The notes under the pieces were generated by a model, which was not told where the DNA came from, did not search any database, and saw only the letters and a list, made by a program, of their open reading frames with translations. A stretch of DNA of 63,805 nt, filler included. It is 16 parts of 16 records of this genome, joined end to end, with 100 filler letters (N's around TTAATTAATTAA, not from the genome) between each part and the next. Parts side by side here need not be neighbours in the genome. Positions count along the whole stretch, not along the records: positions 50,739 to 53,413 come from SRR11831580_5662; positions 53,514 to 56,578 come from SRR11831580_5725; positions 56,679 to 58,803 come from SRR11831580_5764; positions 58,904 to 61,611 come from SRR11831580_5766; positions 61,712 to 63,805 come from SRR11831580_5779; 11 more parts are not named here. The stretch is one strand, 5' to 3'. Below, one piece after another: positions 50,639 to 62,678 of this stretch. The position numbers and the translations under genes were made by a program. The number at the start of each line of letters is the position of its first letter. Positions within the stretch are counted from its first letter, which is position 1.

Positions 50639-50849
50639 NNNNNNNNNNNNNNNNNNNNNNNNNNNNNNNNNNNNNNNNNNNNTTAATTAATTAANNNNNN
50701 NNNNNNNNNNNNNNNNNNNNNNNNNNNNNNNNNNNNNNTAAAAAGAATTCAGAATCAGGCCGGAGTGCTAAATACTCCGTAAACACGGTCGTACATCCAG
50801 CCGGTAGCCTGATTCCTTGCATTGAGTGATGTACGGAGTTTATAGAGCA

Positions 50850-52064
50850 ATGAAATTACCGATTTATCTCGACTACTCCGCAACCACGCCGGTGGACCCG
50901 CGTGTTGCCGAGAAAATGATGCAGTTTATGACGATGGACGGAACCTTTGGTAACCCGGCCTCCCGTTCTCACCGTTTCGGCTGGCAGGCTGAAGAAGCGG
51001 TAGATATCGCCCGTAATCAGATTGCCGATCTGGTCGGCGCTGATCCGCGTGAAATCGTCTTTACCTCTGGTGCAACCGAATCTGACAACCTGGCGATCAA
51101 AGGTGCAGCCAACTTTTATCAGAAAAAAGGCAAGCACATCATCACCAGCAAAACCGAACACAAAGCGGTACTGGATACCTGCCGTCAGCTGGAGCGCGAA
51201 GGTTTTGAAGTCACCTACCTGGCACCGCAGCGTAACGGCATTATCGACCTGAAAGAACTTGAAGCAGCGATGCGTGACGACACCATCCTCGTGTCCATCA
51301 TGCACGTAAATAACGAAATCGGCGTGGTGCAGGATATCGCGGCTATCGGCGAAATGTGCCGTGCTCGTGGCATTATCTATCACGTTGATGCAACCCAGAG
51401 CGTGGGTAAACTGCCTATCGACCTGAGCCAGTTGAAAGTTGACCTGATGTCTTTCTCCGGTCACAAAATCTATGGCCCGAAAGGTATCGGTGCGCTGTAT
51501 GTACGTCGTAAACCGCGCGTACGCATCGAAGCGCAAATGCACGGCGGCGGTCACGAGCGCGGTATGCGTTCCGGCACTCTGCCTGTTCACCAGATCGTCG
51601 GAATGGGCGAGGCCTATCGCATCGCAAAAGAAGAGATGGCGACCGAGATGGAACGTCTGCGCGGCCTGCGTAACCGTCTGTGGAACGGCATCAAAGATAT
51701 CGAAGAAGTTTACCTGAACGGTGACCTGGAACACGGTGCGCCGAACATTCTCAACGTCAGCTTCAACTACGTTGAAGGTGAGTCGCTGATTATGGCGCTG
51801 AAAGACCTCGCAGTTTCTTCAGGTTCCGCCTGTACGTCAGCAAGCCTCGAACCGTCCTACGTGCTGCGCGCGCTGGGGCTGAACGACGAGCTGGCACATA
51901 GCTCTATCCGTTTCTCTTTAGGTCGTTTTACTACTGAAGAAGAGATCGACTACACCATCGAGTTAGTTCGTAAATCCATCGGTCGTCTGCGTGACCTTTC
52001 TCCGCTGTGGGAAATGTACAAGCAGGGCGTGGATCTGAACAGCATCGAATGGGCTCATCATTAA
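50850..52064 (+). CDS. iscS: Cysteine desulfurase
   Basis: [27 protein letters not shown]. Confidence 0.98.
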
Positions 52065-52091
52065 TCGGTATCGGAATCAGGAGAATTTATA

Positions 52092-52478
52092 ATGGCTTAC
52101 AGCGAAAAAGTTATCGACCATTACGAGAATCCGCGTAACGTGGGTTCCTTTGACAACAACGACGAGAACGTCGGCAGCGGCATGGTGGGGGCACCGGCCT
52201 GTGGCGACGTGATGAAGTTGCAGATTAAAGTCAACGATGAAGGTATCATTGAAGACGCGCGTTTTAAAACTTACGGCTGCGGTTCCGCTATCGCTTCCAG
52301 CTCCCTGGTCACCGAATGGGTGAAAGGGAAGTCTCTCGACGAAGCGCAGGCGATCAAAAACACCGATATTGCTGAAGAACTTGAACTGCCGCCGGTGAAA
52401 ATTCACTGTTCTATTCTGGCAGAAGACGCGATCAAAGCCGCCATTGCGGACTATAAAAGCAAACGTGAAGCAAAATAA
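52092..52478 (+). CDS. iscU: Fe-S scaffold protein
   Basis: APACGD, GCGSA, LPPVKIHC. Confidence 0.98.
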   Translation: MAYSEKVIDHYENPRNVGSFDNNDENVGSGMVGAPACGDVMKLQIKVNDEGIIEDARFKTYGCGSAIASSSLVTEWVKGKSLDEAQAIKNTDIAEELELPPVKIHCSILAEDAIKAAIADYKSKREAK

Positions 52479-52494
52479 GAGTTGAGGTTTGGTT

Positions 52495-52818
52495 ATGTCG
52501 ATTACACTGAGCGACAGTGCAGCAGCGCGAGTAAATACCTTTCTGGCTAACCGCGGTAAAGGGTTTGGCCTGCGTCTGGGCGTGAGAACCTCCGGGTGTT
52601 CAGGTATGGCTTATGTACTGGAATTTGTTGACGAACCGACGCCGGAAGACATCGTGTTTGAAGACAAAGGCGTGAAAGTCGTGGTCGATGGCAAGAGCCT
52701 GCAATTTCTGGACGGTACGCAGCTGGACTTCGTAAAAGAAGGCCTGAACGAAGGGTTTAAATTCACCAACCCGAACGTCAAAGATGAGTGTGGTTGCGGC
52801 GAAAGCTTCCACGTTTGA
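52495..52818 (+). CDS. iscA: A-type Fe-S carrier
   Basis: GCSG...CGCGESF. Confidence 0.98.
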   Translation: MSITLSDSAAARVNTFLANRGKGFGLRLGVRTSGCSGMAYVLEFVDEPTPEDIVFEDKGVKVVVDGKSLQFLDGTQLDFVKEGLNEGFKFTNPNVKDECGCGESFHV

Positions 52819-52913
52819 TGCGCATACCGATAACCCCACCGTGGTCGCCTGCGCGTGGGGTTTGTTTTACCTGATTCGCCGTTATCGCGGCGGATCGCAG
52901 CCCTGAGAATGTT

Positions 52914-53413
52914 ATGGATTACTTCACCCTCTTTGGCTTGCCTGCCCGCTATCAACTCGATACCCAGGCGCTGAGCCTGCGTTTTCAGGATCTACAACGT
53001 CAGTATCATCCTGATAAATTCGCCAGCGGAAGCCAGGCGGAACAACTCGCCGCCGTACAGCAATCTGCAACCATTAACCAGGCCTGGCAAACGCTGCGTC
53101 ATCCGTTAATGCGCGCGGAATATTTGCTTTCTTTGCACGGCTTTGATCTCGCCAGCGAGCAGCATACTGTGCGCGACACCGCGTTCCTGATGGAACAGTT
53201 GGAGCTGCGCGAAGAGCTGGACGAGATCGAACAGGCGAAAGATGAAGCGCGGCTGGAAAGCTTTATCAAACGTGTGAAAAAGATGTTTGATACCCGCCAT
53301 CAGTTGATGGTTGAACAGTTAGACAACGAGACGTGGGACGCGGCGGCGGATACCGTGCGTAAGCTGCGTTTTCTCGATAAACTGCGAAGCAGTGCCGAAC
53401 AACTCGAAGAAAA
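52914..53413 (+). CDS. hscB: Co-chaperone HscB (3' end clipped)
   Basis: J-domain HPD motif. Confidence 0.97.
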
Positions 53414-53513
53414 NNNNNNNNNNNNNNNNNNNNNNNNNNNNNNNNNNNNNNNNNNNNTTAATTAATTAANNNNNNNNNNNNNNNNNNNNNNNNNNNNNNN
53501 NNNNNNNNNNNNN

Positions 53514-53934
53514 GGTTGGCGTGACCTGGACATCCACCATCGGTGCAAATCTGCTGGTAGTCGTGGATGATGTTGTCGCTAACGATGATATTCAACAGAA
53601 ATTAATGGGTATTACCGCGGAAACCTACGGCTTTGGCATTCGTTTCTTTACTATCGAAAAAACCATTAACGTCATCGGCAAAGCTGCACCACATCAGAAG
53701 ATCTTCCTGATTTGCCGTACGCCACAAACGGTACGTAAATTGGTAGAAGGTGGTATTGACCTGAAAGATGTCAACGTCGGCAATATGCATTTCTCGGAAG
53801 GGAAAAAGCAAATCAGCAGTAAAGTTTATGTCGATGACCAGGATCTCACGGACTTACGTTTTATTAAACAACGTGGCGTGAATGTTTTCATTCAGGACGT
53901 CCCTGGCGATCAAAAAGAACAAATCCCTGACTAA
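53514..53934 (+). CDS. agaB: Galactosamine PTS EIIB (5'-truncated)
   Basis: Mannose-class EIIB, VNVGNMH; aga gene order. Confidence 0.92.
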
Positions 53935-53972
53935 ATCTAAAATCGCCTTAATATTGGTTTGAGGTAATAAAA

Positions 53973-54775
53973 ATGCATGAAATAACCCTACTTCAGGGAT
54001 TATCCCTGGCGGCGTTAGTTTTTGTTCTGGGGATTGATTTTTGGCTGGAAGCCTTATTTTATTCCGCCCGATAATCGTTTGTACCCTAACTGGCGCTATT
54101 CTCGGTGATATTCAGACTGGCTTAATTACCGGTGGTCTGACAGAGTTGGCTTTCGCCGGATTAACCCCTGCAGGTGGTGTTCAGCCGCCCAACCCGATTA
54201 TGGCGGGTCTGATGACCACCGTCATTGCATGGTCTACGGGCGTTGATGCCAAAACAGCAATTGGTCTTGGCCTGCCGTTTAGTTTGTTAATGCAGTACGT
54301 CATTCTGTTCTTCTATTCCGCTTTCTCATTATTTATGACCAAAGCCGATAAATGCGCGAAAGAGGCGGATACGGCAGCGTTTTCCCGGCTTAACTGGACA
54401 ACGATGCTCATCGTCGCTTCAGCGTATGCGGTGATTGCTTTCCTCTGTACTTACCTGGCACAGGGGGCGATGCAGGCGCTGGTGAAAGCGATGCCCGCCT
54501 GGCTGACCCACGGCTTTGAAGTGGCTGGCGGTATTCTGCCTGCCGTTGGTTTTGGCTTGCTGCTGCGCGTAATGTTCAAAGCGCAATATATCCCTTACCT
54601 GATCGCCGGTTTCCTGTTTGTTTGCTACATCCAGGTCAGCAACCTGTTGCCGGTTGCCGTACTGGGCGCAGGCTTTGCGGTGTATGAGTTTTTCAATGCG
54701 AAATCCCGGCAGCAAGCGCAACCGCAGCCCGTTGCCAGTAAAAATGAAGAAGAGGACTACAGCAATGGGATCTGA
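53973..54775 (+). CDS. agaC: Galactosamine PTS EIIC with a frameshift in a T-run near 54057-54060, probably a sequencing error
   Basis: MHEITLLQGLSLAALVFVLGIDFWLEALF in one frame, continuing LFRPIIVCTL in another. Confidence 0.88.
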
Positions 54776-55556
54776 AATCAGTAAAAAAGATATCACCCGT
54801 CTGGGCTTTCGTTCGTCGCTGCTGCAAGCGAGCTTTAACTACGAAAGGATGCAGGCGGGCGGTTTTACCTGGGCGATGTTGCCGATCCTGAAAAAGATTT
54901 ATAAGGACGACAAACCGGGCTTAAGCGCGGCGATGAAAGATAACCTCGAATTTATTAATACCCACCCGAATCTGGTCGGATTCCTGATGGGGTTATTAAT
55001 TTCGATGGAAGAAAAAGGAGAAAACCGCGACACCATTAAAGGCCTCAAAGTGGCACTGTTTGGCCCAATCGCCGGGATTGGCGATGCGATTTTCTGGTTT
55101 ACTTTGTTGCCGATTATGGCGGGAATTTGCTCATCATTTGCCAGCCAGGGAAACCTGCTGGGGCCGATTCTATTTTTCGCCGTTTACCTGCTTATCTTTT
55201 TCCTGCGCGTCGGCTGGACCCACGTCGGTTATTCAGTCGGCGTGAAGGCGATCGATAAAGTGCGAGAGAACTCGCAGATGATTGCCCGTTCGGCAACCAT
55301 CCTCGGGATCACGGTAATCGGCGGGCTGATCGCTTCGTATGTGCATATTAACGTGGTGACATCGTTTGCCATCGACAATACCCACAGCGTTGCGCTGCAG
55401 CAGGATTTCTTCGATAAAGTCTTCCCGAACATTTTACCGATGGCCTACACCCTGCTGATGTATTACTTCCTGCGGGTGAAAAAAGCGCATCCGGTGCTGT
55501 TAATCGGCGTGACTTTTGTGCTCTCTATTGTTTGTTCCGCATTCGGCATTTTGTAA
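54765..55556 (+). CDS. agaD: Galactosamine PTS EIID
   Basis: MGSEISKK, FNYERMQ, INTHP, GPIAGIGD. Confidence 0.94.
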   Translation: MGSEISKKDITRLGFRSSLLQASFNYERMQAGGFTWAMLPILKKIYKDDKPGLSAAMKDNLEFINTHPNLVGFLMGLLISMEEKGENRDTIKGLKVALFGPIAGIGDAIFWFTLLPIMAGICSSFASQGNLLGPILFFAVYLLIFFLRVGWTHVGYSVGVKAIDKVRENSQMIARSATILGITVIGGLIASYVHINVVTSFAIDNTHSVALQQDFFDKVFPNILPMAYTLLMYYFLRVKKAHPVLLIGVTFVLSIVCSAFGIL

Positions 55557-56312
55557 ATGGAACGAGGCACTGCGTCTGGTGGTGCCTCTTTACTTAAGGA
55601 ATTTCATCCTGTGCAAACCCTTCAGCAAGTTGAAAACTATACGGCGTTAAGTGAACGTGCCAGCGAATATTTATTGGCCGTGATCCGTAGCAAACCGAAT
55701 GCCGTGATTTGCCTGGCGACCGGAGCCACGCCATTACTGACGTATCATTATCTGGTAGAAAAAATCCACCAGCAGCAGGTTGATGTCAGCCAGCTCACCT
55801 TCGTGAAGCTCGACGAATGGGTGGATCTGCCATTAACGATGCCAGGCACCTGCGAAACTTTCCTGCAACAGCATATCGTGCAGCCGCTGGGGCTACGTGA
55901 AGACCAGCTCATCAGCTTTCGCTCCGAAGAGATAAATGAGACAGAGTGCGAACGGGTAACGAACCTGATTGCGCGCAAAGGCGGTCTGGATTTATGCGTT
56001 CTCGGATTGGGGAAAAACGGTCATCTTGGGCTGAACGAACCGGGAGAAAGCCTGCAACCGGCCTGCCATATCAGTCAACTTGATGCCAGAACACAGCAAC
56101 ATGAGATGTTAAAAACCGCGGGTCGCCCCGTGACTCGTGGGATCACCTTAGGCCTGAAGGATATTCTCAATGCCCGCGAAGTTTTGTTACTGGTGACTGG
56201 CGAAGGAAAGCAGGATGCGACAGATCGTTTTCTCACGGCTAAAGTCTCTACCGCTATCCCGGCTTCATTTTTATGGCTGCACAGTAACTTTATTTGTTTA
56301 ATTAACACCTAA
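55557..56312 (+). CDS. agaI: Putative galactosamine-6-phosphate isomerase/deaminase
   Basis: LATGATP, LDEW, GLGKNGHLGLNEP. Confidence 0.94.
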   Translation: MERGTASGGASLLKEFHPVQTLQQVENYTALSERASEYLLAVIRSKPNAVICLATGATPLLTYHYLVEKIHQQQVDVSQLTFVKLDEWVDLPLTMPGTCETFLQQHIVQPLGLREDQLISFRSEEINETECERVTNLIARKGGLDLCVLGLGKNGHLGLNEPGESLQPACHISQLDARTQQHEMLKTAGRPVTRGITLGLKDILNAREVLLLVTGEGKQDATDRFLTAKVSTAIPASFLWLHSNFICLINT

Positions 56313-56678
56313 CCAGATGAAAAATTTGCTCAAAATGTTTAAATTAACTTATGTAACAGTCACGCATTATATTAAATAACATTTGACTGGGTTGAACATA
56401 ACGCCGATAGCAAAAGGAGTTATGTTCAACAATTTAATTTTAGATATACATATAACTTGTTCTATTAATAAATCACCTCGTATTCTGACTCGCCCCCTGG
56501 CGCAGCAAAGTCAGGCATTTATACTCTTTTGAATACATAGAAAATTGATATCAATATAATGAAAATATCAAATATTTGNNNNNNNNNNNNNNNNNNNNNN
56601 NNNNNNNNNNNNNNNNNNNNNNTTAATTAATTAANNNNNNNNNNNNNNNNNNNNNNNNNNNNNNNNNNNNNNNNNNNN

Positions 56679-57530
56679 GTTGTGACCACATACAACTGCC
56701 GTTGTCCTGCGCAGCCGTTTACGTTTCGGATGTTGTGTATGATGTCGCGGCCCTTCTTGTTGATGTCTGGGTCGACCGCACTCAGTCGCTGCACTTGTTC
56801 GAAAAAGCGCTGAAAATCATCGAACGCAACATGCAGCGTCATCGGTTTTGCATCGGCATCTTTGAGCTCCATGTTGATAGCATACAGCACGGCCCCCAGA
56901 TCCATAAGGTAGAGGTAGTTCCTAGTCTCCTTGCGAATCATGTCTCGCATCGCGCTCACCGTATACCCGAAATAATGTGCCGCCACACGCAGACCGAGGA
57001 TCGTGTCGGCAAAGAGACACTTCAGTTCGTCGTCCTCGATACAGTCGTCCGGGTCGCTCAAGGTGATCAGCAGCGTGGTGCAGTTGTCGAGTACGTGCAC
57101 CAGCTCCCGATCCGCGCCGATGCTGGCCAGGTGTGCGCGTGCTTGTGGAATCAAATCGCGCGAGAAACGTGTCTTGCACATGCCTTGCGCGCCGTAGATG
57201 AAGGTTCCAGTGCGGACCGACTTGCCCGGGTCAGACTGCGAGTGCTGAAACAGACTGAGCCGGGGCAGGAGCAGCTCGCTGCAGAACTGGGTGATCTCCT
57301 TCGTGCGCGGCACCGATACGAACGGGAACGAGCGCTGTGTGGTGGTGGTGGTGGTGGGTTGTCCCAGGCGTTGCGCCTAGTTTTCTCTCTCAGTGTTTCA
57401 TCTGTTGCACATTTTGTTTTTGGGATCAGTGTCAATTTTGTAGTAGAGGTGGGCAGTCGCGTACCACGCGTGCGCTTGTAATATGCCCACATTGCAGACG
57501 TGAGGGGAGCTTCCTGTGCAGAGCGCACGC
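56679..57530 (-). CDS. Eukaryotic spliced gene with a divergent P-loop NTPase-like domain (partial)
   Basis: Long exon with FIYGAQGMCKTRF (Walker A-like) and LHVAFDDFQ (Walker B-like); upstream GTACGC...CAG intron joins in frame. Confidence 0.5.
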
Positions 57531-58903
57531 CTGTGTCAGAATAATGCGTGAGTACAACGACAGCGCAAACCGAAGACAAATCATCATTAATGATAAGAAA
57601 TCCACGGCCACAAAGCTTGTTCGTAGTATAGTGCGTATTCATAGATAAGAGGTGGGGCTCGTACTATTGGCTATGGTTCGACGGGGTATCGGAATGAACT
57701 GCGAAGTTCGGGAGCTTTGCAACGCAGGAAGAACATGTCGATTCACAGCCGGTCGCGTCCAAAGCAGCACGGCGCGAGCTCGGGACACTACGGCACAAGA
57801 GTACAAAGCAGCCAAACAATGAAAAAATATGCCCGTGCGATGAAACTTCCGCGTCCATCTACGGTACCTGCTGCAGGCAGCCTTCGCAACGCGTTCAGCA
57901 TGATCGGTGGAGTGGTGGGGAGAGCAAGGGACGGTCTGATACAGTTTTCAGCAGTGTGGACTACTGGTATCGCAAGCTCGATCGATATCGGACTCTCTCA
58001 CAGCGTCGTGCAACGCCACAGTATCTCAAGTACTGATCTTCTGTAGTAAATTGTGTATACTGATCTACAACAACCCGTAAAATGGACTGTATCGTAGGAC
58101 TCTGTGTCCGCGCGTTGCTATGCTTGCGCCTTCCTCTTAGAATTATGCGTGTGACTGAGTTCGAGCTACACATTGAGACACTACGCGGTGTGTGCATGCG
58201 CCTCGTGTCTGTCGCGTTGTGCCCACACTGCCAGCCTGCAGCCACGCACGCACACAGGTCCTCTATGTTAACCGGAAACGGACGGCATGCGGCACTAAAA
58301 CTCACTTTACATCTAAATTTGTGGCGCACCGTTCCTAATTTACTATTACATAGGACGACTCTCTGTGTGATGACACTGATGAGCGACTGTGTAGTGCCGT
58401 CAGGCGTCTCGGAGAAAAAATCAAGGGAGAGTAGTAAGCGGAGAACGCTCATTTCAATCCCGTCTTTGAGAAACGCGAACCAATGAATTGAAGCCCCACA
58501 GTTTTTTATTGAAGGCAGCACAGAATCGAAACACTCACCCACACACCGCACACTGGACAAATAAGAATATACGTAGTGTCCTCGAATAACAACACCACAA
58601 GTCAACCTACACTCCTCTTCACAGGGCCGCGTCGTAAAGAAACCACGATAGCGCGGAAACCCCCACACACACATTAGCGACAAGCAAATAAACACTACAC
58701 AATGTCCTCCCAAAGCTCTCACCTGACTCCGATAGTCAGCTTACCCCCGAATGAATGGTTTGCGTTACGCCTTGACACAGTAGTGTCCGATGGGCTGCGA
58801 GCCNNNNNNNNNNNNNNNNNNNNNNNNNNNNNNNNNNNNNNNNNNNNTTAATTAATTAANNNNNNNNNNNNNNNNNNNNNNNNNNNNNNNNNNNNNNNNN
58901 NNN

Positions 58904-59012
58904 TTTTGCAGCGCAGATTGCAGCCCTGCAAAAACAGAGCCAGACGACTGCCTGGCCCGTCAACGCAGGAGAAGGGGATAATCTTACTGACTAAAGCGCA
59001 TCTGCTGTTCAT
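58904..59012 (-). CDS. yjjW: Glycyl-radical activating enzyme YjjW, N-terminal fragment
   Basis: [36 protein letters not shown]. Confidence 0.92.
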
Positions 59013-60534
59013 GGCTTATCACGCGCGGCTGGCGTTCCAGAATACGAGTGTTGCGTGCGGCTTCTTCGCCCAGCCAGGTGGTGTTGGTGCGTGAACCTTC
59101 GGCGCGATATTTTTCTAAATCCGACAAACGCACCATATAACCGGTAACGCGAACCAGATCGTTACCGCTGACATTGGCGGTAAATTCACGCATTCCGGCT
59201 TTAAAGGCACCGAGGCAAAGCTGTACCAGTGCCTGCGGGTTACGTTTGATGGTTTCGTCGAGCGTCAGAATGTCGCTGATGCCGGAATAATAATAAGCAT
59301 GATGCGGGGCGACAGTTTGCAGATGGGTGATCGGATCTGGCTCATCGCCATACGGCAAACGCGCGCCCGGCGTGGTGCCGATATCGGAACTGATCCCCGA
59401 CTGTGCGTGTAACATGGCGCGTTTTTGCCAGCCATATTTCACGGGGGTATTGGCGACAAACTCCGCCAGTTGCGCGCTGATGCGATAACCTACTTCATTT
59501 GCGGCGGCTTCTTTACCGTAGCGCGCGGCAATCCCTTCTTTTTCACACAGCAAGTTAACCGCTTCCGCCAGCCCATACATGCCAAACATTGGCACAAAAC
59601 GTTCAGGGTTAATCAGCCCTTCTTTCACCAGGAAGCTATTCTCAAAGAAGTGTGATTGTTGATAGAGGAATTCACACCGCGCATCGATGATGGCGATCTG
59701 CTGCTGGCAGTAGTGCGGTAGAGTGCGCGTAAAGAAGTCATCCAGCGATTCGCTGCGCTCGGCAATGGCTTTCAGGTTAAGGCGTACCAGCGTGCTGCCA
59801 CCACCCGCCAGCGGCAGTGAGTTGTAACAGCTCACAATCCCGTAGCCCCCTTTTGTGAAAATTTTATCATGCACCGGACCGTTGGCGATGTGCGGTTTGC
59901 TACATTCACAGATGTTCTTCGCCACTTCCAGCAGCAGGTCATCAGGGGTGATTTCAGGATCGTAGATAAAGGTCAGGTTCGGTGAAACCTGCTTCAACTC
60001 TGCATCTGCACGTAAGATCGCGCGGGTAATGGGCGAATCAGACGGGCCGATATTGGCGTGCATAAAGGCGTCTGGCAGGGTTCTGTCGAGGTAACGCCAG
60101 AAACGTTTTATTCGAACATCGATCTCGTCTTGTGTTAGAATTCTAACATACGGTTGCAACAACGCATCCAGTTGCCCCAGGTAGACCGGCATCGATGTGA
60201 CCGACGGTACGTGGTGGTAAAGAATGGTCAGCAGAGAGAGTGCGTCATCAAGATCTTTCGCGCCTTCCAGCTCCAGCCATTCGGAACCGTTCGCCAGAAA
60301 ACGGGCGTAATCGGGTAAGACATAGCGCGGTTTGTACGGCGCATGACCTTCAAACATATCGCAGATTACACCTTCATCCAGCGCGCGGCGGGCTTCGGCA
60401 GGAAGCTGTGGGTAAGGCAGATTGTTTTCTGCTTCCAGTGCCAGAAAATGGCGCTTCTGCTCCGGGCTAAGCACTGGGCTGGTGACAATTTGCTGGCAAC
60501 GTTGTTGCAGTGCATTTTCATGAGAAGTGGGCAT
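58984..60534 (-). CDS. yjjI: Glycyl-radical-like protein YjjI
   Basis: 516 aa, C-terminal VRVTGY; divergent from deoC. Confidence 0.93.
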
Positions 60535-60747
60535 CTTCTTTTCCTTTTATGCCGAAGGTGATGCGCCATTGTAAGAAGTTTCGTGATGTTCACTTTGATC
60601 CTGATGCGTTTGCCACCACTGACGCATTCATTTGAAAGTGAATTATTTGAACCAGATCGCATTACAGTGATGCAAACTTGTAAGTAGATTTCCTTAATTG
60701 TGATGTGTATCGAAGTGTGTTGCGGAGTAGATGTTAGAATACTAACA
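60133..60747. promoter_or_regulatory. deo control region: DeoR operators O1 and O2, tandem CRP/CytR sites of deoP2
   Basis: TGTTAGAATTCTAACA at 60133-60148 and TGTTAGAATACTAACA at 60732-60747 (599 bp apart); CRP-like sites near 60642 and 60696. Confidence 0.88.
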
Positions 60748-60791
60748 AACTCGCAAGGTGAATTTTATTGGCGACAAGCCAGGAGAATGAA

Positions 60792-61571
60792 ATGACTGAT
60801 CTGAAAGCAAGCAGCCTGCGTGCACTGAAATTGATGGACCTGACCACCCTGAATGACGACGACACCGACGAGAAAGTGATCGCCCTGTGTCATCAGGCCA
60901 AAACTCCGGTCGGCAATACCGCCGCTATCTGTATCTATCCTCGCTTTATCCCGATTGCTCGCAAAACTCTGAAAGAGCAGGGCACCCCGGAAATCCGTAT
61001 CGCTACGGTAACCAACTTCCCACACGGTAACGACGACATCGACATCGCGCTGGCAGAAACCCGTGCGGCAATCGCCTACGGTGCTGATGAAGTTGACGTT
61101 GTGTTCCCGTACCGCGCGCTGATGGCGGGTAACGAGCAGGTTGGTTTTGACCTGGTGAAAGCCTGTAAAGAGGCTTGCGCGGCAGCGAATGTACTGCTGA
61201 AAGTGATCATCGAAACCGGCGAACTGAAAGACGAAGCGCTGATCCGTAAAGCGTCTGAAATCTCCATCAAAGCGGGTGCGGACTTCATCAAAACCTCTAC
61301 CGGTAAAGTGGCTGTGAACGCGACGCCGGAAAGCGCGCGCATCATGATGGAAGTGATCCGTGATATGGGCGTAGAAAAAACCGTTGGTTTCAAACCGGCG
61401 GGCGGCGTGCGTACTGCGGAAGATGCGCAGAAATATCTCGCCATTGCAGATGAACTGTTCGGTGCTGACTGGGCAGATGCGCGTCACTACCGCTTTGGCG
61501 CTTCCAGCCTGCTGGCAAGCCTGCTGAAAGCGCTGGGTCACGGCGACGGTAAGAGCGCCAGCAGCTACTAA
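60792..61571 (+). CDS. deoC: Deoxyribose-phosphate aldolase
   Basis: [28 protein letters not shown]. Confidence 0.98.
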   Translation: MTDLKASSLRALKLMDLTTLNDDDTDEKVIALCHQAKTPVGNTAAICIYPRFIPIARKTLKEQGTPEIRIATVTNFPHGNDDIDIALAETRAAIAYGADEVDVVFPYRALMAGNEQVGFDLVKACKEACAAANVLLKVIIETGELKDEALIRKASEISIKAGADFIKTSTGKVAVNATPESARIMMEVIRDMGVEKTVGFKPAGGVRTAEDAQKYLAIADELFGADWADARHYRFGASSLLASLLKALGHGDGKSASSY

Positions 61572-61574
61572 GTA

Positions 61575-61611
61575 AGATGCTTTACGCCTGATGCGCTGCG
61601 CTTATCAGGCC
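61575..61611. repeat. REP fragment
   Basis: gcctgatgcgctgcgcttatcaggcc. Confidence 0.8.
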
Positions 61612-61711
61612 NNNNNNNNNNNNNNNNNNNNNNNNNNNNNNNNNNNNNNNNNNNNTTAATTAATTAANNNNNNNNNNNNNNNNNNNNNNNNNNNNNNNNN
61701 NNNNNNNNNNN

Positions 61712-62184
61712 AGTCCGCTACGACGAACCCCGCTGTGGATGTCGTCAGTCCAAACGTGCAAACCCTGGTGTTGTTAGGGGACGTGGTGGTAGAACTGGAG
61801 GGGGACTGGCTGCGGCAGTTCTGGGCGCTGGGCACACACCACGCACAGCACAACTCGTTCTGGGTGCCGATCATGCGCGCGCTGAGTGAGACGTGGCTCG
61901 TGCTGGAACAGAGTCTGGAGGCGGTGTATGCACGATGCTGTGGTAGCGAGGGTGATGGGTCCGCCGGGAACAATGTGCGGGAGACGGCGGAGCGAGTGCT
62001 GCGGAGGCAGTGGTCTATGCGACAGGCGTGGCATGCGAGGTACCAAAGCCCTCTCGTGCAGCAGCTTGCCGTGCGGCACCAACCGGTGGAGCCCCCCGTG
62101 TGTGCACAGGCGTGGGAGCTATATGTGTGGCACGGGCTGGAGCAGATGGCTGCCGAGTGTGGGTGGGCCACGGATGAATCATGA
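61712..62184 (+). CDS. Probable last exon of an unidentified eukaryotic gene
   Basis: Frame open from the contig start to TGA at 62182-62184, G/C-rich third positions; no motif recognised. Confidence 0.4.
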
Positions 62185-62678
62185 GACGGGCATAGGAGTG
62201 GTGGGTGTCGTGCATGTATGGGTGTTTGCAGCCTGAATGAAGTATTAGGGGAGCCGGGATGGTACACAATGAAACCAGCAAGTAAGTTGTGACCAGCGTG
62301 TATCAAAGCGCAAGGGCATAGTCCATGAGCCGAATAGTCAAGTATTTATTTGTATGTAGAAACGCCCAGTCGCATAAATATAACACCCTCTAGTTAGGGA
62401 GCACACACAGACACATCACCCACCCACAGACGGCAATCCAGCCACAATTGTTAGGGGGCGCACTGTGCTGAGACAATAAACACTGAAACATTGATAGCAT
62501 GACTCGATCATACCGTGAGATGGCGTATGCCAGGGTACTAACAGCCTCTTGCATAATCGCAGCACCGAATTCCCGGCACGCGCAGCACTCGCGCACGGAA
62601 CACACGCAACACTCATACACATCACAAAAAGATATAGGCAAACCACTCACTGATAGGCACATACAACACATATCAACC

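Noticed and set aside
56330-56578. AT-rich stretch after agaI
   Set aside because: Consistent with the ordinary upstream region of the E. coli yra fimbrial operon; truncated by a linker.
57961-58722. 253-aa minus-strand ORF and overlapping plus-strand ORFs
   Set aside because: No recognisable motif or coding-like composition; not supportable.
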